Assembly: GCA_026026165.1 (NCBI GenBank) | Contig: JAPEUD010000008.1 | Span: 248,001-312,000, forward strand | Length of the DNA: 64,000 nucleotides | DNA from: Sarea resinae | Lineage: Eukaryota | Reading direction: 5' to 3' | Part shown: piece by piece, positions 24,630-37,409 of the stretch | How positions within the stretch are numbered: position 1 is the first letter of the stretch | Layout of the letters: each line of letters starts with the position of its first letter | The notes under the pieces: generated by a model | Told to the model about the DNA's origin: nothing | Databases searched by the model: none | The model's input: only the letters and a program-made list of their open reading frames with translations | Translations under genes and position numbers: made by a program

Positions 24630-25869
24630 ATGCCGTCCAAGGCCTTTTCCCTCTCACTCATTCTGTCCTTTCTTTGGACCACTGTTCTTGCAAGCACGGC
24701 CTGCAACAACTCCCCCGATCTCTGCAGCAGATCCTACTCGAATATCACCCACCTCGGGGCTCATGACAGCGCCTTTGTTCGAGATGCTTCAACGGCTGAT
24801 TTTATCGGCGGCGACCAGTGAGACCAAGAGCGCCGCTAGTCTACTATAACGCCGGCTTACCTTTATATCTAGATACTACAATGCCACAAGGGCGCTAAGT
24901 GCGGGAGTTCGTCTCCTGTCCGCACAGGTGCACAATTCCAGCGGTGAATGGCATCTTTGCCACACAAGCTGTGCCCTCCTCGACGTAGGGCCGCTACACA
25001 CCTGGCTGGCTGGCATCAAGACATGGATGGATGACAATCCTAACGATGGTAGGCCCCCTGCTTTGTGCCCTTGTCTTGTTGTACACCCCGATAACCTGTC
25101 TACAGTGGTTACTATTCTTCTGGTGAACTCAGACAGTGCCACGGCCAGTGACTTGAACGGCGAGTTCGTCAAAGCTAACATCTCCGACTATGGATACACA
25201 CCGCCATCAAGCAGCAAGGCCCTAGATACTTGGCCGACCCTGCAATCGCTGATCTCGAAGAATACTCGGCTGGTAACGTTCATCGCGTCCCTCGATCCCT
25301 CTAGCAACACCGTTGCTCCTTATTTGTTGGACGAGTTCACATTCGTGTGGGAGAATCCTTACGATGTGACCAGCCTCAACAACTTTTCTTGCGTGCCAGA
25401 CAGGCCTACATCTGTAAAGGGCAATACCGCCGCAGCTCTCTCGTCTGGCCGCCTGCCCTTGATGAATCACTTCCTCTACTCGAAGGAAATCTTGGGCATT
25501 GAAGTCCCAGACACCGGTAATCTCAGCACAACCAATGCTCCGTCGGGCGCCACGGGGAATTTAGGCGATACGGCAACCGGGTGCGCAGACACCTGGGGCC
25601 GGGCTCCGACGTTCATCCTCGTCGACTTCTTCAACGTGGGGCCTGCGATCGAGTCGGTCGACAAGCTGAACGGCATCACAGCGACGGGTCGGACGTCGGT
25701 GCCATCGACCAATGCCTCGCCGGACTCGGACTCGGCTGAGGCGTCGTCGTCCAGTTCCGCCTCGATCTCATCAGCGAGTAAGCTCTCATCCGCTAGTGTC
25801 GCGCCCCCGACTCTCTTCCCGTGTTTGGCCGCCTCGCTGCTCTTGATCTTCGTTTCGAGCATGAGGTGA
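24630..25869 (+). CDS. Secreted, probably GPI-anchored PLC-like phosphodiesterase (PI-PLC X-domain-like), 3 exons
   Basis: Signal peptide, [70 protein letters not shown] and [12 protein letters not shown], then a Ser-rich spacer and hydrophobic C-terminus. Confidence 0.92.
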
Positions 25870-27488
25870 AGCATTCCGCTAAGCATCAGGGGCGATTAGG
25901 CAAAACCGGAGAGGCGTCTTGGTGGAATAACTTCTTAGACTCGTTCTCGTCCCATAATAGTTGAACGTAGTTGAACGAGCGAGGGTTTTTTGGGGGGTAG
26001 CGGAGTTCTTGGCTTGTAGTGGCAACCTTTCAAAATTCAGGCTGTGCACCACACGGAGAAAGGAGTCGGCAAACAAAACAAATCCTAGGGTAGAGCAATG
26101 ACCACCCCACTTGGACCTCAAGATACATCCCATAGCAGAGAGATGCGTAGAGTGAATCCCTCTGCCTCTGCGCGGCATACTACGTAGTTACAGACAGTCG
26201 CGTCCAGCTCCAATCTCAGACTCATTCATCAGGCTTGATCCCTGAACGAGAGTCCCGAGCAATCAGTGAATGAATGAATGAATGAACAAACGCATGAATT
26301 GCTACTGAGGCCCAACACACCGATGTCGGAAGCCCGCCAGGCCGCCAGCCAGCCAGCCAGGCAATATCCACGCGGCCACGAACAACATCTCCCATCTCCC
26401 ATCCCCCAAGGTGTGCGATGGATCCCCAAATCCCGAAATGAACACACAGGGGCCTGCAAACAGGAGAAAAACCAAAACATACCTAATGCCAAGCTACGCC
26501 CTAACCCCCCCGACGAGTGCCCGTCCCGAGCACAGCAGGAATCAGTCAGTCATACATACATATATACATCTCAGGGCCCAAGCCAGTAATGTAAAAGTTC
26601 TCAAAGTGAAAAGTCTCAAAGTCCAAAGTCCACAAAGTTCTAAAAAAAAAAAAAGAAAACCGCTCCGTATTCCACAAACTACCTCCATCTTGTCCCTCGT
26701 TCTTTCTTGCTGCCTTTTCCCAACCACGCTCCTGGATCCCTAGATCCTTGATATTGTTATTGATATTGCGATAGACGGCCACGAAAGCACATCAGGTCTA
26801 CTCTAGCTAGCTATGTCATGTTATGTTATTTTCTGTTATGCGCCAAGGGCTGGGCCGGGTTGACTTTTGGATTGGATTGGCTAGGACGGTAGAAGGGTGT
26901 TACTACGAAGTAGGAGTAGGACGGTAAGAGGCTACCGTGGCGGCGGGGCCGCCGGTCTGGCTGTCTCTTGTTTTGTTTTGTTAATGTTATTGGTGGCCAT
27001 TATTGGTGGTCGATGCTCGGACGAGCACCCACCCCATAGGTAGGCCGGGTGCTGGGTGCTGGGGTCCGAGGTCCACCCACCGCCTTGTAATCTTGGGATC
27101 AGATTATGCGGGTACGGACTAGGGGCGCAGGGAGCAGGGGGCAGGGAGGGTGCCAAGGGAAAGAGCTGGAGGTCCAGTGTGTACGGAATACGGAGTAGTG
27201 CACCTCGGGCTACATACTCTACTACTGTATCGTAGTAGACCTAGAGTACGGAGTCGGTACTTTACATTGATGTTGGTACCTACTGGAAGCATCTACGATG
27301 GTCGTGCCCTCGGTGCATCCATCCATCCATCGCTTGCGACGCCGTCGTGCGCCGAAGTGCGATACCTTAGTAGGTACCTAAGGTATCGTAATGCCTTTTT
27401 TGCCGAAAGGCGAACGAGCGAGAGCGAACGAGCGAACGAGTCAGTCGGGTCGAGTGGCGCTGGGACAGTAGTCGCGAATTAGCAGATC

Positions 27489-27505
27489 GGGGGGGGGGGG
27501 GGGGG
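27489..27505. repeat. G17 homopolymer
   Basis: 17 consecutive G in the intergenic region. Confidence 0.9.
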
Positions 27506-29082
27506 AGAAGATGGCAGGGACGACGATCCCCGGTGCGATGGGTGGATGGATCGGGGTGGATTGGATGGATGGGATGGATGGGATCAATGGGATCAATGGC
27601 ATGGAATTGAGTGGATGTACTTACCTCACTCGGGTGGGTAGAGAGCGATCATCTGATGTGAAGGAGGAGAAAAGAAAAGAAGCGAAGCTCGTAGGCGCAG
27701 GCAGGCAGGCAGGCAGGCAGGCAGGGACTCGATGACCGAGAGAAGGAAAGGATTGAGTACGAGTAGTAGCAGGTTAGGTCAGGACTGTTGACCAAGGTAA
27801 GGTACCAATGGAAAGGGTATAAGATACTTAGTAAGGGAGTACCTCTTGCGGTGGTGGACCTCCAGCTTGGTTCGATCAGATAATCGATGACGGAGTGGAG
27901 AGGGTGAGGGCTCAAGAGAGAGAGAGAGATACTTGGGAGGCATGTCTCTCTCTCTGTGTCTTCTGTCTTCTTGACACCTTACTAATGTTCCACCGGTTAC
28001 TACATAGTACTCGTCCATGATGGCAGCCCAGGGCAGCCAGGAGACGAAGAACGTCAGGATGAAACCGATGGGGACGCGTGCAGGAGATGGCGACTCGTTG
28101 GGGCATTTCCAATCACTCACCGGTGATCACTCATGGAGTGGTCATCCATGCAGACGGGACTGCTACGGAGTAGTAGTCCATGCGGTGAAAGGGGTACTTG
28201 GCCGCGGAGTACCCCGCTCTTTCCATCGGGGTCGATCGTAGGGTACTATCACCTACGGAGTAGATGAAATAATCAGATCGGTCTGTCTGTCTGTCTGGCG
28301 GTGCTTGTCGTGGTGTCCATGAAGTGTCTACTATGAGTATTCGACTCGACTCGACTGTCAAGGTGAATCGATCAATTCCAGTAAAAGGAAAGAAGAAGTA
28401 AAAGGAAACAGCGTCTTCCTTCCTTCCCTCGCCGTCTTCACTGCATCCCTCACTCGATCGTTCATACACGCACTGGTCGTGGCCCGTCCTGCTACGTAGT
28501 AGTCGCCCAACCGAACCGTCGCCGTCTTCACTTGCCCTTTCGCCTTCCCACCGCCGTCCGGACAGAGCCAGGATAGCACCACTTTCCTCTCGGTCCATCC
28601 GAACCTCCGAACAATATCCCTTCTCCCTTCCAGCTTGCCACTTGGATCGACCCTGGCGAGACATCATCGTTCTGGCTGCCCGTCTCGATATTATTCTTAC
28701 TTCTACCACGGCCTCCCTCTTTCTCTTCTGCCGTCTTCTCGATGATCCATTGAGTTGCCACCTTTCATCGTGTCTTTCCTCAAGAATACCTGCCCTCTTT
28801 TTCTTTGTCGGCTGTCGCTTGGTGGCGTCCTTTTCAGGAACGTCGCTGCTCGTCCTCCGGGCCATCTGATAAAGATCATCCCGCCTCATCAGATTACCAC
28901 GAGAGGTATGTGCCCCCCCACATCCAAACCCATCTTCACCGGTCGCATGGCCAATTTCCCAATTGGCAATTGACCGATGCTCCTCTGTGAGCCTTGGTTT
29001 GCGATCAATTGCGGACTGACATGCTCCTCCAGTCAAATCCACTTCCTTCCGACCGCCTCCATTCGCCACTTCACCCGCCACC

Positions 29083-31109
29083 ATGACTCTACGACGAGGG
29101 AGCATGCATCATCACATCCCCTCAGCCCCGACCTCCCATCCAGAAGACCCCATCCCCGAAGAACCAGCGTCCTTGCCTCAGTACAAGATCTCGCCCGCTG
29201 TCTCAGACCAGTCGCCACGTTCATCCGATCAGTCTCTAGCCTACTCCGACTCCGGCACAGACTCCGAAGCTCCCTCAACCCCTCGCACCGAGCCACAAGT
29301 GGACGAGGTGCTTGACGATCTCAGTCATGAAAAGACTGCAGCCGTCGACTTCACACCGCAGCACGATCGCAAACGTCGTGCTTCTACGAAACTCATCTCT
29401 CAGAACTCCGACGATGTTCGGAGACTGCTTGGGGAAAAGGAGGGGGCCGGAACAAAGCTCCTCGAGAAGGTCTGCTGTGGAGGGGGATGCTGCTTCCTGC
29501 AGGCCCCTCTGGAGGATTTGAAGCTCTCTTCCGCCGTACCCGTGCTTCTTCCGGACAACGATGCCTTTCGCAGTCTCAATCTCAAGCTTGGCCCTCTGAG
29601 TCTTGACAGTGAACTCTCGCTCACGGTCGATGTACCTCCGCAAACCGTCTCTTTCCATGCGTTGCCCTCCGACGAGAAACCCCACGAGTCGACCGTGTAT
29701 ACCCACCCACCGAAATTCCTTTCACCGCATCCGCCGTATGACGTCTACTCGGCACGCATCCACAAGACGCGCGAATTGACTCGCCCAGGAGCGGAGAAGC
29801 GAACGTATCATTTCGATCTTGATGTTACCGACTACCCTCAGGAGAGTGGCAACGTCGATTTCCGCGTCGGCGGTGCAGTCGGGGTTTGCGCACCAAACAA
29901 GACCGAAGCCGTGGATGAGATCTTCGACCTTCTGGCGGTGCCTCGCTTCGTCCGCGACAAGCAGGTGCTGATGAAGACGACGGGTGGGCGTTGGCCGACC
30001 ATCTGGGGAGATGAGAAGTCCAGAGAGCTTGTGACAACCCGACGAGAACTTCTGACGTGGTGCTCGGACATTCAAAGCTACCCGCCGACGAAGCCTCTCC
30101 TTCGCTTGATGGCCGACTACGCAGAGGAACCGAGTGAGAAGAAGATCCTCGAGTACTTGTCTTCGGCCCAGGGACAAGCTTCCTTCTGCGAGTAAGTACA
30201 TCGATTGCCACAAAAAGAACCCACTTCTAACTGAAACAGTCTCCGGACAGGACCCCATATCTCACTTGGGCAACTTCTCAACGCCTTCCCTTCCTCAAAG
30301 CCGCCATTGCCGCACCTTTTGTCCTGCCTGCAGACCCTCATGCCTCGCTTCTACTCCCTATCCAATGACCCGCACGTCTCTTCCTCTCGTAAAGATCTCG
30401 TCAACCGGCGCCTCATCGAGATTGCAGTGACGGTCCATGAAAGCCCCGACTGGCGAGGCGGCCAACGCACCGGCGTCGGCTCCGGCTTCTTCGAACGCTC
30501 CTCTCGCAAAGTGCTGGATGCCGAGAAAGAGGGTACTCCCCAGAGTGAATCCGACGTCCGCGTCCCCATCTTCCGCGGACTCATGTCCAATCCTCTGGCT
30601 CGCGAATTCGTCACCGACGGCCCCATGCTTCTCATCGGCGCTGGCGTCGGTATCGCCCCATTCCGCGGCTTCGTCCAACGCCGTCTCCAGAGCGCCAATT
30701 GCGCCAACAAGGTCTGGGTTCTTCAGGGCGTGCGTGACTCCCTCCTCGACGAGCTCTATAGCGGCGAGTGGGGCCTGCATGAAAGCGAGGTTAAGAAGGT
30801 CGTGCAGAGTCGACGCGGTGAGGGAAAATATGTCCAGGAGGAGGTTCGGCTCCAGGCTGATCTCGTGTGGTTCATCATCAATGCGCTCGATGGCCGTATC
30901 TTTGTGTGTGGAAGTAGCAAGGGCATGGGCGAGGGTGTGGAAGAAGCGCTTGTTGATGTGGTCATGGACAAGGCTCGCTTGAATCGCGAGGAGGCTGTCG
31001 ACTTTTGGGAGAGGAAGAAGGAGGCCGGCCAGTATATTGCTGTGAGTTTTTTCTCGTCTCCTTCATGTCTCTGAAGCGGTCCGCTGACTTGTTTTAGGAA
31101 ACGTGGTGA
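29083..31109 (+). CDS. FAD/NADPH-binding oxidoreductase of the cytochrome P450 reductase / methionine synthase reductase family, without a flavodoxin domain; 3 coding exons
   Basis: RTYHFDLD, GVCAPN, LMPRFYSLSN, MLLIGAGVGIAPFRGFVQRR, KYVQEE and IFVCGSSKGM, ending YIA-ETW*. ATG context is CGCCACCATG. Confidence 0.9.
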
Positions 31110-31856
31110 TTGCAATATCTCCTTACACTGTTCGATATGGGAGGAATGAATTGTTTTCAATGGATTGCAGGTTTGCATGGGAAGAGCGGGCTGGCTAGGT
31201 AGAAAAAAAAAACGCCGAAAGAGCGGGAATGGCCTCGGACATTCCACAATATGCCGTCACGTCGACGCGGCACAAAACGAAACGAATCTTCTTTTCTCGC
31301 GCGCCGCCTCTGGCTTGATCGTCAAATTGAATATCATCGGATCACGGCCCTCTGTTTCCATTTGGCGCTTTAGATAGCATAGATGTTTGCCCCACAGCGC
31401 CCACACAGGGCTTTCACCTAGGTAGCTGGCTCTTCGCAGAGCCCTACGGGGATCTTCATGGCGATGGCGAAGGCGATGGCGTACCTGTTATCTCTCAAAT
31501 GCGTTTTTCCTATTGCGGTTCAGGGAAATTGGAGGTGGAGGTTTGTCATGATATGCAAACAAGACGAAATCAATATAAGTCAATAAAGATGAAGCTGCCT
31601 TATGTTTAGAGAGGAGAGGGGCGATCTTACATTGTGGTTGTGACTCGTGAACCGATTTGTGTACTCCGTACATTTATGTCATTGTAGATCCCTCCCACCC
31701 CGCTACCGTTGTCTTCTCATCTTCAAGGAATATTACTCACACAGAATAACAACTGCATTCGTTAGAGTTGATTTCTTCGATACAGCTCATCACAGTCTCT
31801 TCTCTGCACGTTTATCAGAAGCACCACATACCTACCACCAAACTCACAGCGGCTCT

Positions 31857-33797
31857 ATGCCGAAGAAGCACCGCAGCCTGCAGTTCAGCAAGCCCGCCAG
31901 TCCAATCCACCCCTCACTGTCCCCCACGTCCTCCTCATCCTCTTCGAGAGCTGTCGCCAAGCAGGCGCCCCAGTCGGTCAACGAGCTCCTCGTCCATCTT
32001 CGGCGCAACCAGGGTTCTTTTTCTGAAGACAAAGCTCGCGAACTCGCCGCCGTCGCCACCTCTCGCACCGTCCACCCTTCTCTAAAAGAGATCCTCGACG
32101 TCGTCGACACCCCACCACCGAGGCCGCGCCCTGGCTTGCGCGCCACTGGTGCACCTGGCAGAGCGATGAGGAGACCGCCGGGGCCGCCTCCGCCGAGGAG
32201 CTGGCTGACCAGTATGCATGCGCCGCGGGAGCTGCGGGAAGAAGAGAGAGAGCGGCAGATGAGACTACAGACGGCCATGCCACATTCGCTGGGCAGACTG
32301 CCGGATGCCCGAGTGCCAGCGAAGAGGAGTCTACTGCATCAAGCGATGAAGGCGCTGGCGCGCGACTGGGAATGGCATATGCACTACGATCAGCATTATC
32401 TAGCGACATTACCTGTGGACCTCAAAGCGACGCTGCTGAGCTATATCACCGTCTTTGGACCGGATATTGGTGTCGGCATCGAGGGATTGCGAACGCTTTT
32501 CCTCACGCAGGACGAGCTGCCGGGGGCTACGGGGAGCGAGGAGCTGACGCATCTCGATCTGTCCGTGGCGATAGGCCGGTCTATCACTTTCAAGCAACTA
32601 GACGCATACTTGTCGTTGTCCCCCTCTCTCGCCACATCCACAGCAACTCTCACGCTCGACTCTGCCACCTCGTGGGAGACAGAAGCCGACTTGTTCAGCA
32701 CCAAGACCGCCCTGCCGGCCTCCCTCCCGACCCCCCGCTTCCCATCCCTCACGCACCTCTCGCTCTCGCACCCGCCCCCTACCATCTCGTGGCCCCGCCT
32801 CCTCGCCTTCATGCCACACCTAGCAACTCTGACGCACCTCTCGCTGGCGCACTGGCCCGCGCCGTCCCTGACGCCCAACGCCCGAACCACAACGGTATCA
32901 TCGAAATACTCGCCCTCGTCCCTGTCGTACTCGGGCACGGGCTTCTACGCCGCCCTGGACGGCGACTGGCGCGAGGCGGCCGGCATCCTGCGCCGGCTGA
33001 GCCGAGCGACGTACTGTCTGCGCTGGCTGGACCTGGACGGCTGCCAGGCGTGGTGGGGCGCGCTCGGGTTCGGGCTCGAGGACGACGAGGGGCCCGAGTG
33101 GAATGGCGGATGGCGACGCGTGGAGTTTGTGGGCCTGAGTCAGGGCTGGGTTCCCGCGGGCGTCAGGGAGGGCGTGGAAGATTTGCGCCGAGGCCGTGGA
33201 CGGCCGTCTCCTCCTGGGGTCCCGCAACATGATCCCTTGAGGTCACAGGCACATGCACAGCCGCAGCCCGAAGCACAGGGCCCGTACACGCCCCCTCCTA
33301 GCCGCCACCAGAACTACAACCAGAGCAACACTCGCACTTTCCTCTCCCTCTCCTCACCTTCTCCCGCCTCTTCCGCCTCTTCAGCACACCCACCGCCATC
33401 ACCCTCCTCGCAACAACAGCCCACAAAAACCCAACTCACAACCTTCCTCACGCACGAGCGCACCGCCGCGGCCATCGAGACCGCCATCCGCACCGCTCGC
33501 GCGCGCGCCAAACCGAGAGGCCTGCTCGTGCGGTGCGGTCGGACTTGGGATGATGACGATACCGGTGTTGCTGGGGGGGATGCAGATCGTGGTAATTTTG
33601 GTAATATTGGTGGTGGTTATAGTTTTGGTAGTGGTTGTAGTGGTGGTAAGGGGAAAGCCGGGTCTCAGTCGCAGTCACAGTCTCGATGGGAAAAGGGGAA
33701 GGGCAAGGGCCAGGAGAAGGGATGGGGGTGGGGTGGCGGGTGCGATATGCAGGCTTTGGAGACGGTGGTCAAGGGCATGCTGGAGGGCGTGCTGTGA
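31857..33797 (+). CDS. Conserved fungal hypothetical protein with LRR-like segments (a family often loosely labelled tafazzin)
   Basis: Single long ORF, likely starting at MPKKHRSLQFSKP. Motifs: SVNELL..LR, RRPPGPPPPRSW, YDQHYLATLP, LTHLDLS / LTHLSLSH / LTHLSLAHWP and LRRLSRATYCLRWLDLDGC. Confidence 0.75.
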   Translation: MPKKHRSLQFSKPASPIHPSLSPTSSSSSSRAVAKQAPQSVNELLVHLRRNQGSFSEDKARELAAVATSRTVHPSLKEILDVVDTPPPRPRPGLRATGAPGRAMRRPPGPPPPRSWLTSMHAPRELREEERERQMRLQTAMPHSLGRLPDARVPAKRSLLHQAMKALARDWEWHMHYDQHYLATLPVDLKATLLSYITVFGPDIGVGIEGLRTLFLTQDELPGATGSEELTHLDLSVAIGRSITFKQLDAYLSLSPSLATSTATLTLDSATSWETEADLFSTKTALPASLPTPRFPSLTHLSLSHPPPTISWPRLLAFMPHLATLTHLSLAHWPAPSLTPNARTTTVSSKYSPSSLSYSGTGFYAALDGDWREAAGILRRLSRATYCLRWLDLDGCQAWWGALGFGLEDDEGPEWNGGWRRVEFVGLSQGWVPAGVREGVEDLRRGRGRPSPPGVPQHDPLRSQAHAQPQPEAQGPYTPPPSRHQNYNQSNTRTFLSLSSPSPASSASSAHPPPSPSSQQQPTKTQLTTFLTHERTAAAIETAIRTARARAKPRGLLVRCGRTWDDDDTGVAGGDADRGNFGNIGGGYSFGSGCSGGKGKAGSQSQSQSRWEKGKGKGQEKGWGWGGGCDMQALETVVKGMLEGVL

Positions 33798-33892
33798 ATG
33801 TGTGTGAGAGTGAGTGTGAGTGAGAGTGAGCTCGTGAGTGTGAGTCTGTGAGTGTGAGTTTGTGAGTTTGTGAGTATGAGTGTGCCGGATCG

Positions 33893-33929
<37 letters not shown>

Positions 33930-34700
33930 AACTTTCTTTCTTTCAACTTTCTTTTGGTCTTTCTTTCTTTCTTTCTTTCTTTCCTTCAGGGTCAGGAGTT
34001 CAAATCAGAGTCAGGCGTCCAGAGTCAAGAGTCAACAGTAGAATAGTCGCTGAGAATGGCCATGGAACAAGGAACATGGACAGAGGCTGGAGTCTTCTTC
34101 TTTCTTCTTCTTCTTTCTTCTTCCTCTTCTTTCTTCTTCTTCTTCTTTCTTCTTCTTTCTTCTTCTTTCTTCTTCTCCTTCTTGGTCTTGTTCTTCCTTC
34201 TTGTTCTTGGGTGCATAGTGGCGCATGATCCGGCGTACATGGATACCTAGATAAGACGCATAGGTGCATAGACGCATAGACGCATAGACGCACAGGCGCA
34301 CAGGCGCATAGATGCACAGATAGGTGCATACATAGGTGCATACATACTACATCTTTGGGTTTGACTGAGTCGAGCGGGTCGAGTGGGTCGAGATTGGGTC
34401 CGAGGGATCTTCGTGTAGAGTGGGTCGAGAGCCCGAGGGACAGAGCGACACAATAGGGGAGACTTTGTCTCTGTCTTTGTCCTATTTACTCCCTTATCCC
34501 CGCTCCCTTGTCCCCTGCTCCGCCAGCAAACCTCAATAGGATATATAGGATGGTGGGTGGGCGGGATGGGGAGGGGAAATGGCACTGCAGACTTGGACGT
34601 CTGGGATCTGGGATCTGCGATCTGCGATCTGGTTTTAGAGCATAGGTGCATAGGTGCATAGGTGCATAGGTGCATAGGGACATGGAAAATGGGGCATGGG
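33797..34700. repeat. Compound simple-sequence region: GTGA/GTGT repeats, (CT)n at about 33896-33926, CTT/CTTT tracts at about 34093-34200, GCATAG(GT) repeats at about 34258-34340 and 34640-34677
   Basis: Directly visible tandem repeats between two convergent genes. Confidence 0.9.
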
Positions 34701-34932
34701 ACATCGGGATATCAAGATATCAGGGAATAGGGTGTTCTATGCCGAGCATGACATTCTCTCTTTCACTCTCTCTCTCTCTTTGCTGCGCCACTCTCTCATA
34801 TCGTCGAAGAGAAAAATAGGCTCATTGGACGTATCATGATGACTGCTGCCACCACCTCGTTCAGGACCCCATACACTTGTTGACTTTCCACCACGGCAAC
34901 ATCAACAATCCCATCACATCACATCACACACA

Positions 34933-36966
34933 TCACCTCTTCCCACCCTTGGCACTAAACGTCTTCAGCGGATCCGCCTTGCGCCCGCCGCCTCTCTTCC
35001 CCTTGGCCCGGTTCGCCATCCGCGCCCGGCGAATCCGATTCCCCGTGTCCTTTCTCAGCCCCACAAACGGGGCCGCCTTGTCGGGGCCACCTCCAAACGA
35101 CGACGAGGCATTGGCCGCACCACCCGTCGGAAGCAGGTACTCGGGCACGTGCCGGAGATGGGCCTGGACGCGCGCGGGCCGCAGCAGGTCGGCATCGTGG
35201 CGCAGCTCGCGCAGCTGGTCCGGGTTCTCCTCAAAGTGGCGGCGCAGCTTGTCCGAGGCGAGGAGCTCGTTGCGGAGCTCGCGCGAGCGGGCCTCGCGCA
35301 CCGCCACGCGCGTCACGGCCCGCAGCGCGTCCGTCATCCGGTACCGGAACGGCTCGAGCTGCTTCTTGTCAAAGTGGTAGGGCTGCACGGCCTTGCCGCG
35401 CTTGCGCTGGTGTTTCTCGATCTTGGCCAGCACGGCCTCGTCCGTGGCCGTCGACGGGATCGAGGTCGGCGGGTGTTTGTGGTGCAGGTGCGCCGGGACC
35501 ACAAACGAGAGCGCCATGCCCGTTTTGCCCGCCCGCGCCGTGCGGCCGATGCGATGCGTGTACGAGCGCGACGACGTCGGCAGATCAAAATTCAGCACGC
35601 AGGCGACGTTGCGGAAGTCGATGCCGCGCGACACGCCGTATTCTTTGTTGTTTTTGCCCGGTTTGGCTTGCTTGCGTTTTTTCCGCGACGGCTCCTCCGA
35701 CGCTTGCTTCTTAGGTGTGTCTACTGCCTCGATATCCTTGCCTTTGTCCTCGGCTGCTTCACTCACAGTAGGAACGTCCTCGTCATCTTCTTCTCCGAGG
35801 ACTTCGTGTTCGTCCGTGGCGATGATAATGTCGTAGACGTTCTTGTTGAACTCCTCGACCACGTGGATCCGAGAGTTGACCGGCAATTCCGAGTTCAAAA
35901 CGCAGCTTCGGATCCCGAATTGCTCGAGGAACAGCTTCAGGCGGTAGCATCGATCGATATCTCCAACAAATATAATGCATTTGCCTTTGACCAGCTTGAG
36001 CTTGAAGATCACGTAAGCGAGTAGGAATTTCTCATCCTCAGCACATCTGCAAACCCACGTCAGCTTTGATAGATCTGGTATAATCACCTCTCGCAACGCC
36101 CACTTACTTGACCATAAATTGGCTGACCCCTTCACCCTCCTCCTCCCCTTCCTCTAGCCTTAGTATGACAGGGTTCTTGCAGAATAGGCCTTTCAGAGTG
36201 TCGATTTCGGTCGTCAATGTTGCACTCATGAGGAAAGATTGAGTGCTCTTCGGGAGCGACCGAGATATGGCCTGCAGATCCTCATCATAGCCGTACGACA
36301 GAACAAGATCTGCCTCATCGATAACGAGATGTGCGAGTTGTTCAAGAGACAGCGCTGACGTGCTCAGGTTGAGAGCGACACGGGCCGGCGTAGCCACGAC
36401 AACGTCTGGGAGATCGGCCAGTATAGATCGTTGAACGGCGTCGGAAACCTTTTGTGTCAGGTTCACCGCTCGTATATCTTTGGTGCAGAACGCCCCAAGA
36501 GCAGCAAACACTTTGGAGACCTGATCCGCAAGTTCTCTGGTAGGGACGAGAATGAGAGCGGATGTGCATCGGACAGGTGATGGAGCCTGAATCTCTCTCT
36601 TAGCAAATTTGGCTTTCTATCCGTCTGTTGCGCACATACCGTCTTCCTCTTCAAGATAGACTGGAGGATAGGCAGAACATAGGCGGCGGTCTTTCCAGAT
36701 CCGGTCTTGGCACGAGCTGTAGACTGGTGAGCCTAGTACTTTGATAACCCAAGAAAAGAGTTTTGTCTACCAAGAATGTCTTTTCCCTCAAGGGCAAGGG
36801 GAATCGCTTTTGCCTGGACGGGGGTGGGTTTTGAGAACTTTTCCTTGACCAGACCTTGGAGAATGCGCGGATCGAGTCCAAGGCGGTCAAAAGACACCTC
36901 TTCGCTCGAATCCTTTGCTTCAGTCACTTCTTTGGGAACATCGTTTTGGTCGAGCTTGCGCTTCAT
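34933..36966 (-). CDS. DBP9: DEAD-box ATP-dependent RNA helicase Dbp9 (DDX56), multi-exon
   Basis: [88 protein letters not shown] and HFEENP. Confidence 0.97.
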
Positions 36967-37409
36967 CGTGTATGCGTCTGATCCACAGATGCTGGACGCC
37001 GAAAAGGGTTGAAATGGTAGTGAAAGTGGGTTGATCAGGTTCGGCTGGTTGGTCGCACGAAAAGTTTGGAGATAATTATCGTGAAAACAGAAATACAGAG
37101 CTACCTAGTACTTTCGACTTCGGCAAATTCCATACTGGTACGGGGCCGGAGGCCGAGGCCGAGCCAACATATACATACATAAGGTACCTTACCTATATGA
37201 ATGAAGCGGAGTTGGGCTATCCCTCCAAACACAACAGACCCCAATTGCTGGACTACACCAATCCCAGCTCAACCAATCTTCCAAAACTGGTATAAAAAGG
37301 TCTCTGGTATCCGCCATGTCCCAAGACTTGTCCCCCAGAAGATTGTCGTCCTGATAGCTGGGAGCCATCCCTTGTTCATGACCCTATCCCAGCGCAATGC
37401 TGAAACGGC

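Noticed and set aside
24263..24657. Protein-like minus-strand ORFs (DEWEILLDLEERE)
   Set aside because: Short, in different frames, and antisense to the pyrimidine-rich 5' region of the PLC-like gene.
31647..31856. N-terminal extension of the 716-aa ORF
   Set aside because: It starts at GTG; the first ATG, with a family-like start (MPKK), is at 31857.
34000..34704. Lys/Glu/Arg-rich and MHLC-repeat ORFs in the ORF track
   Set aside because: They are translations of simple sequence repeats between convergent genes.
35149..36024. Long antisense ORFs over DBP9 (likewise over CCDC47-like, ArgRS and RTT103)
   Set aside because: Shadow ORFs caused by GC-rich codon usage of the real genes.
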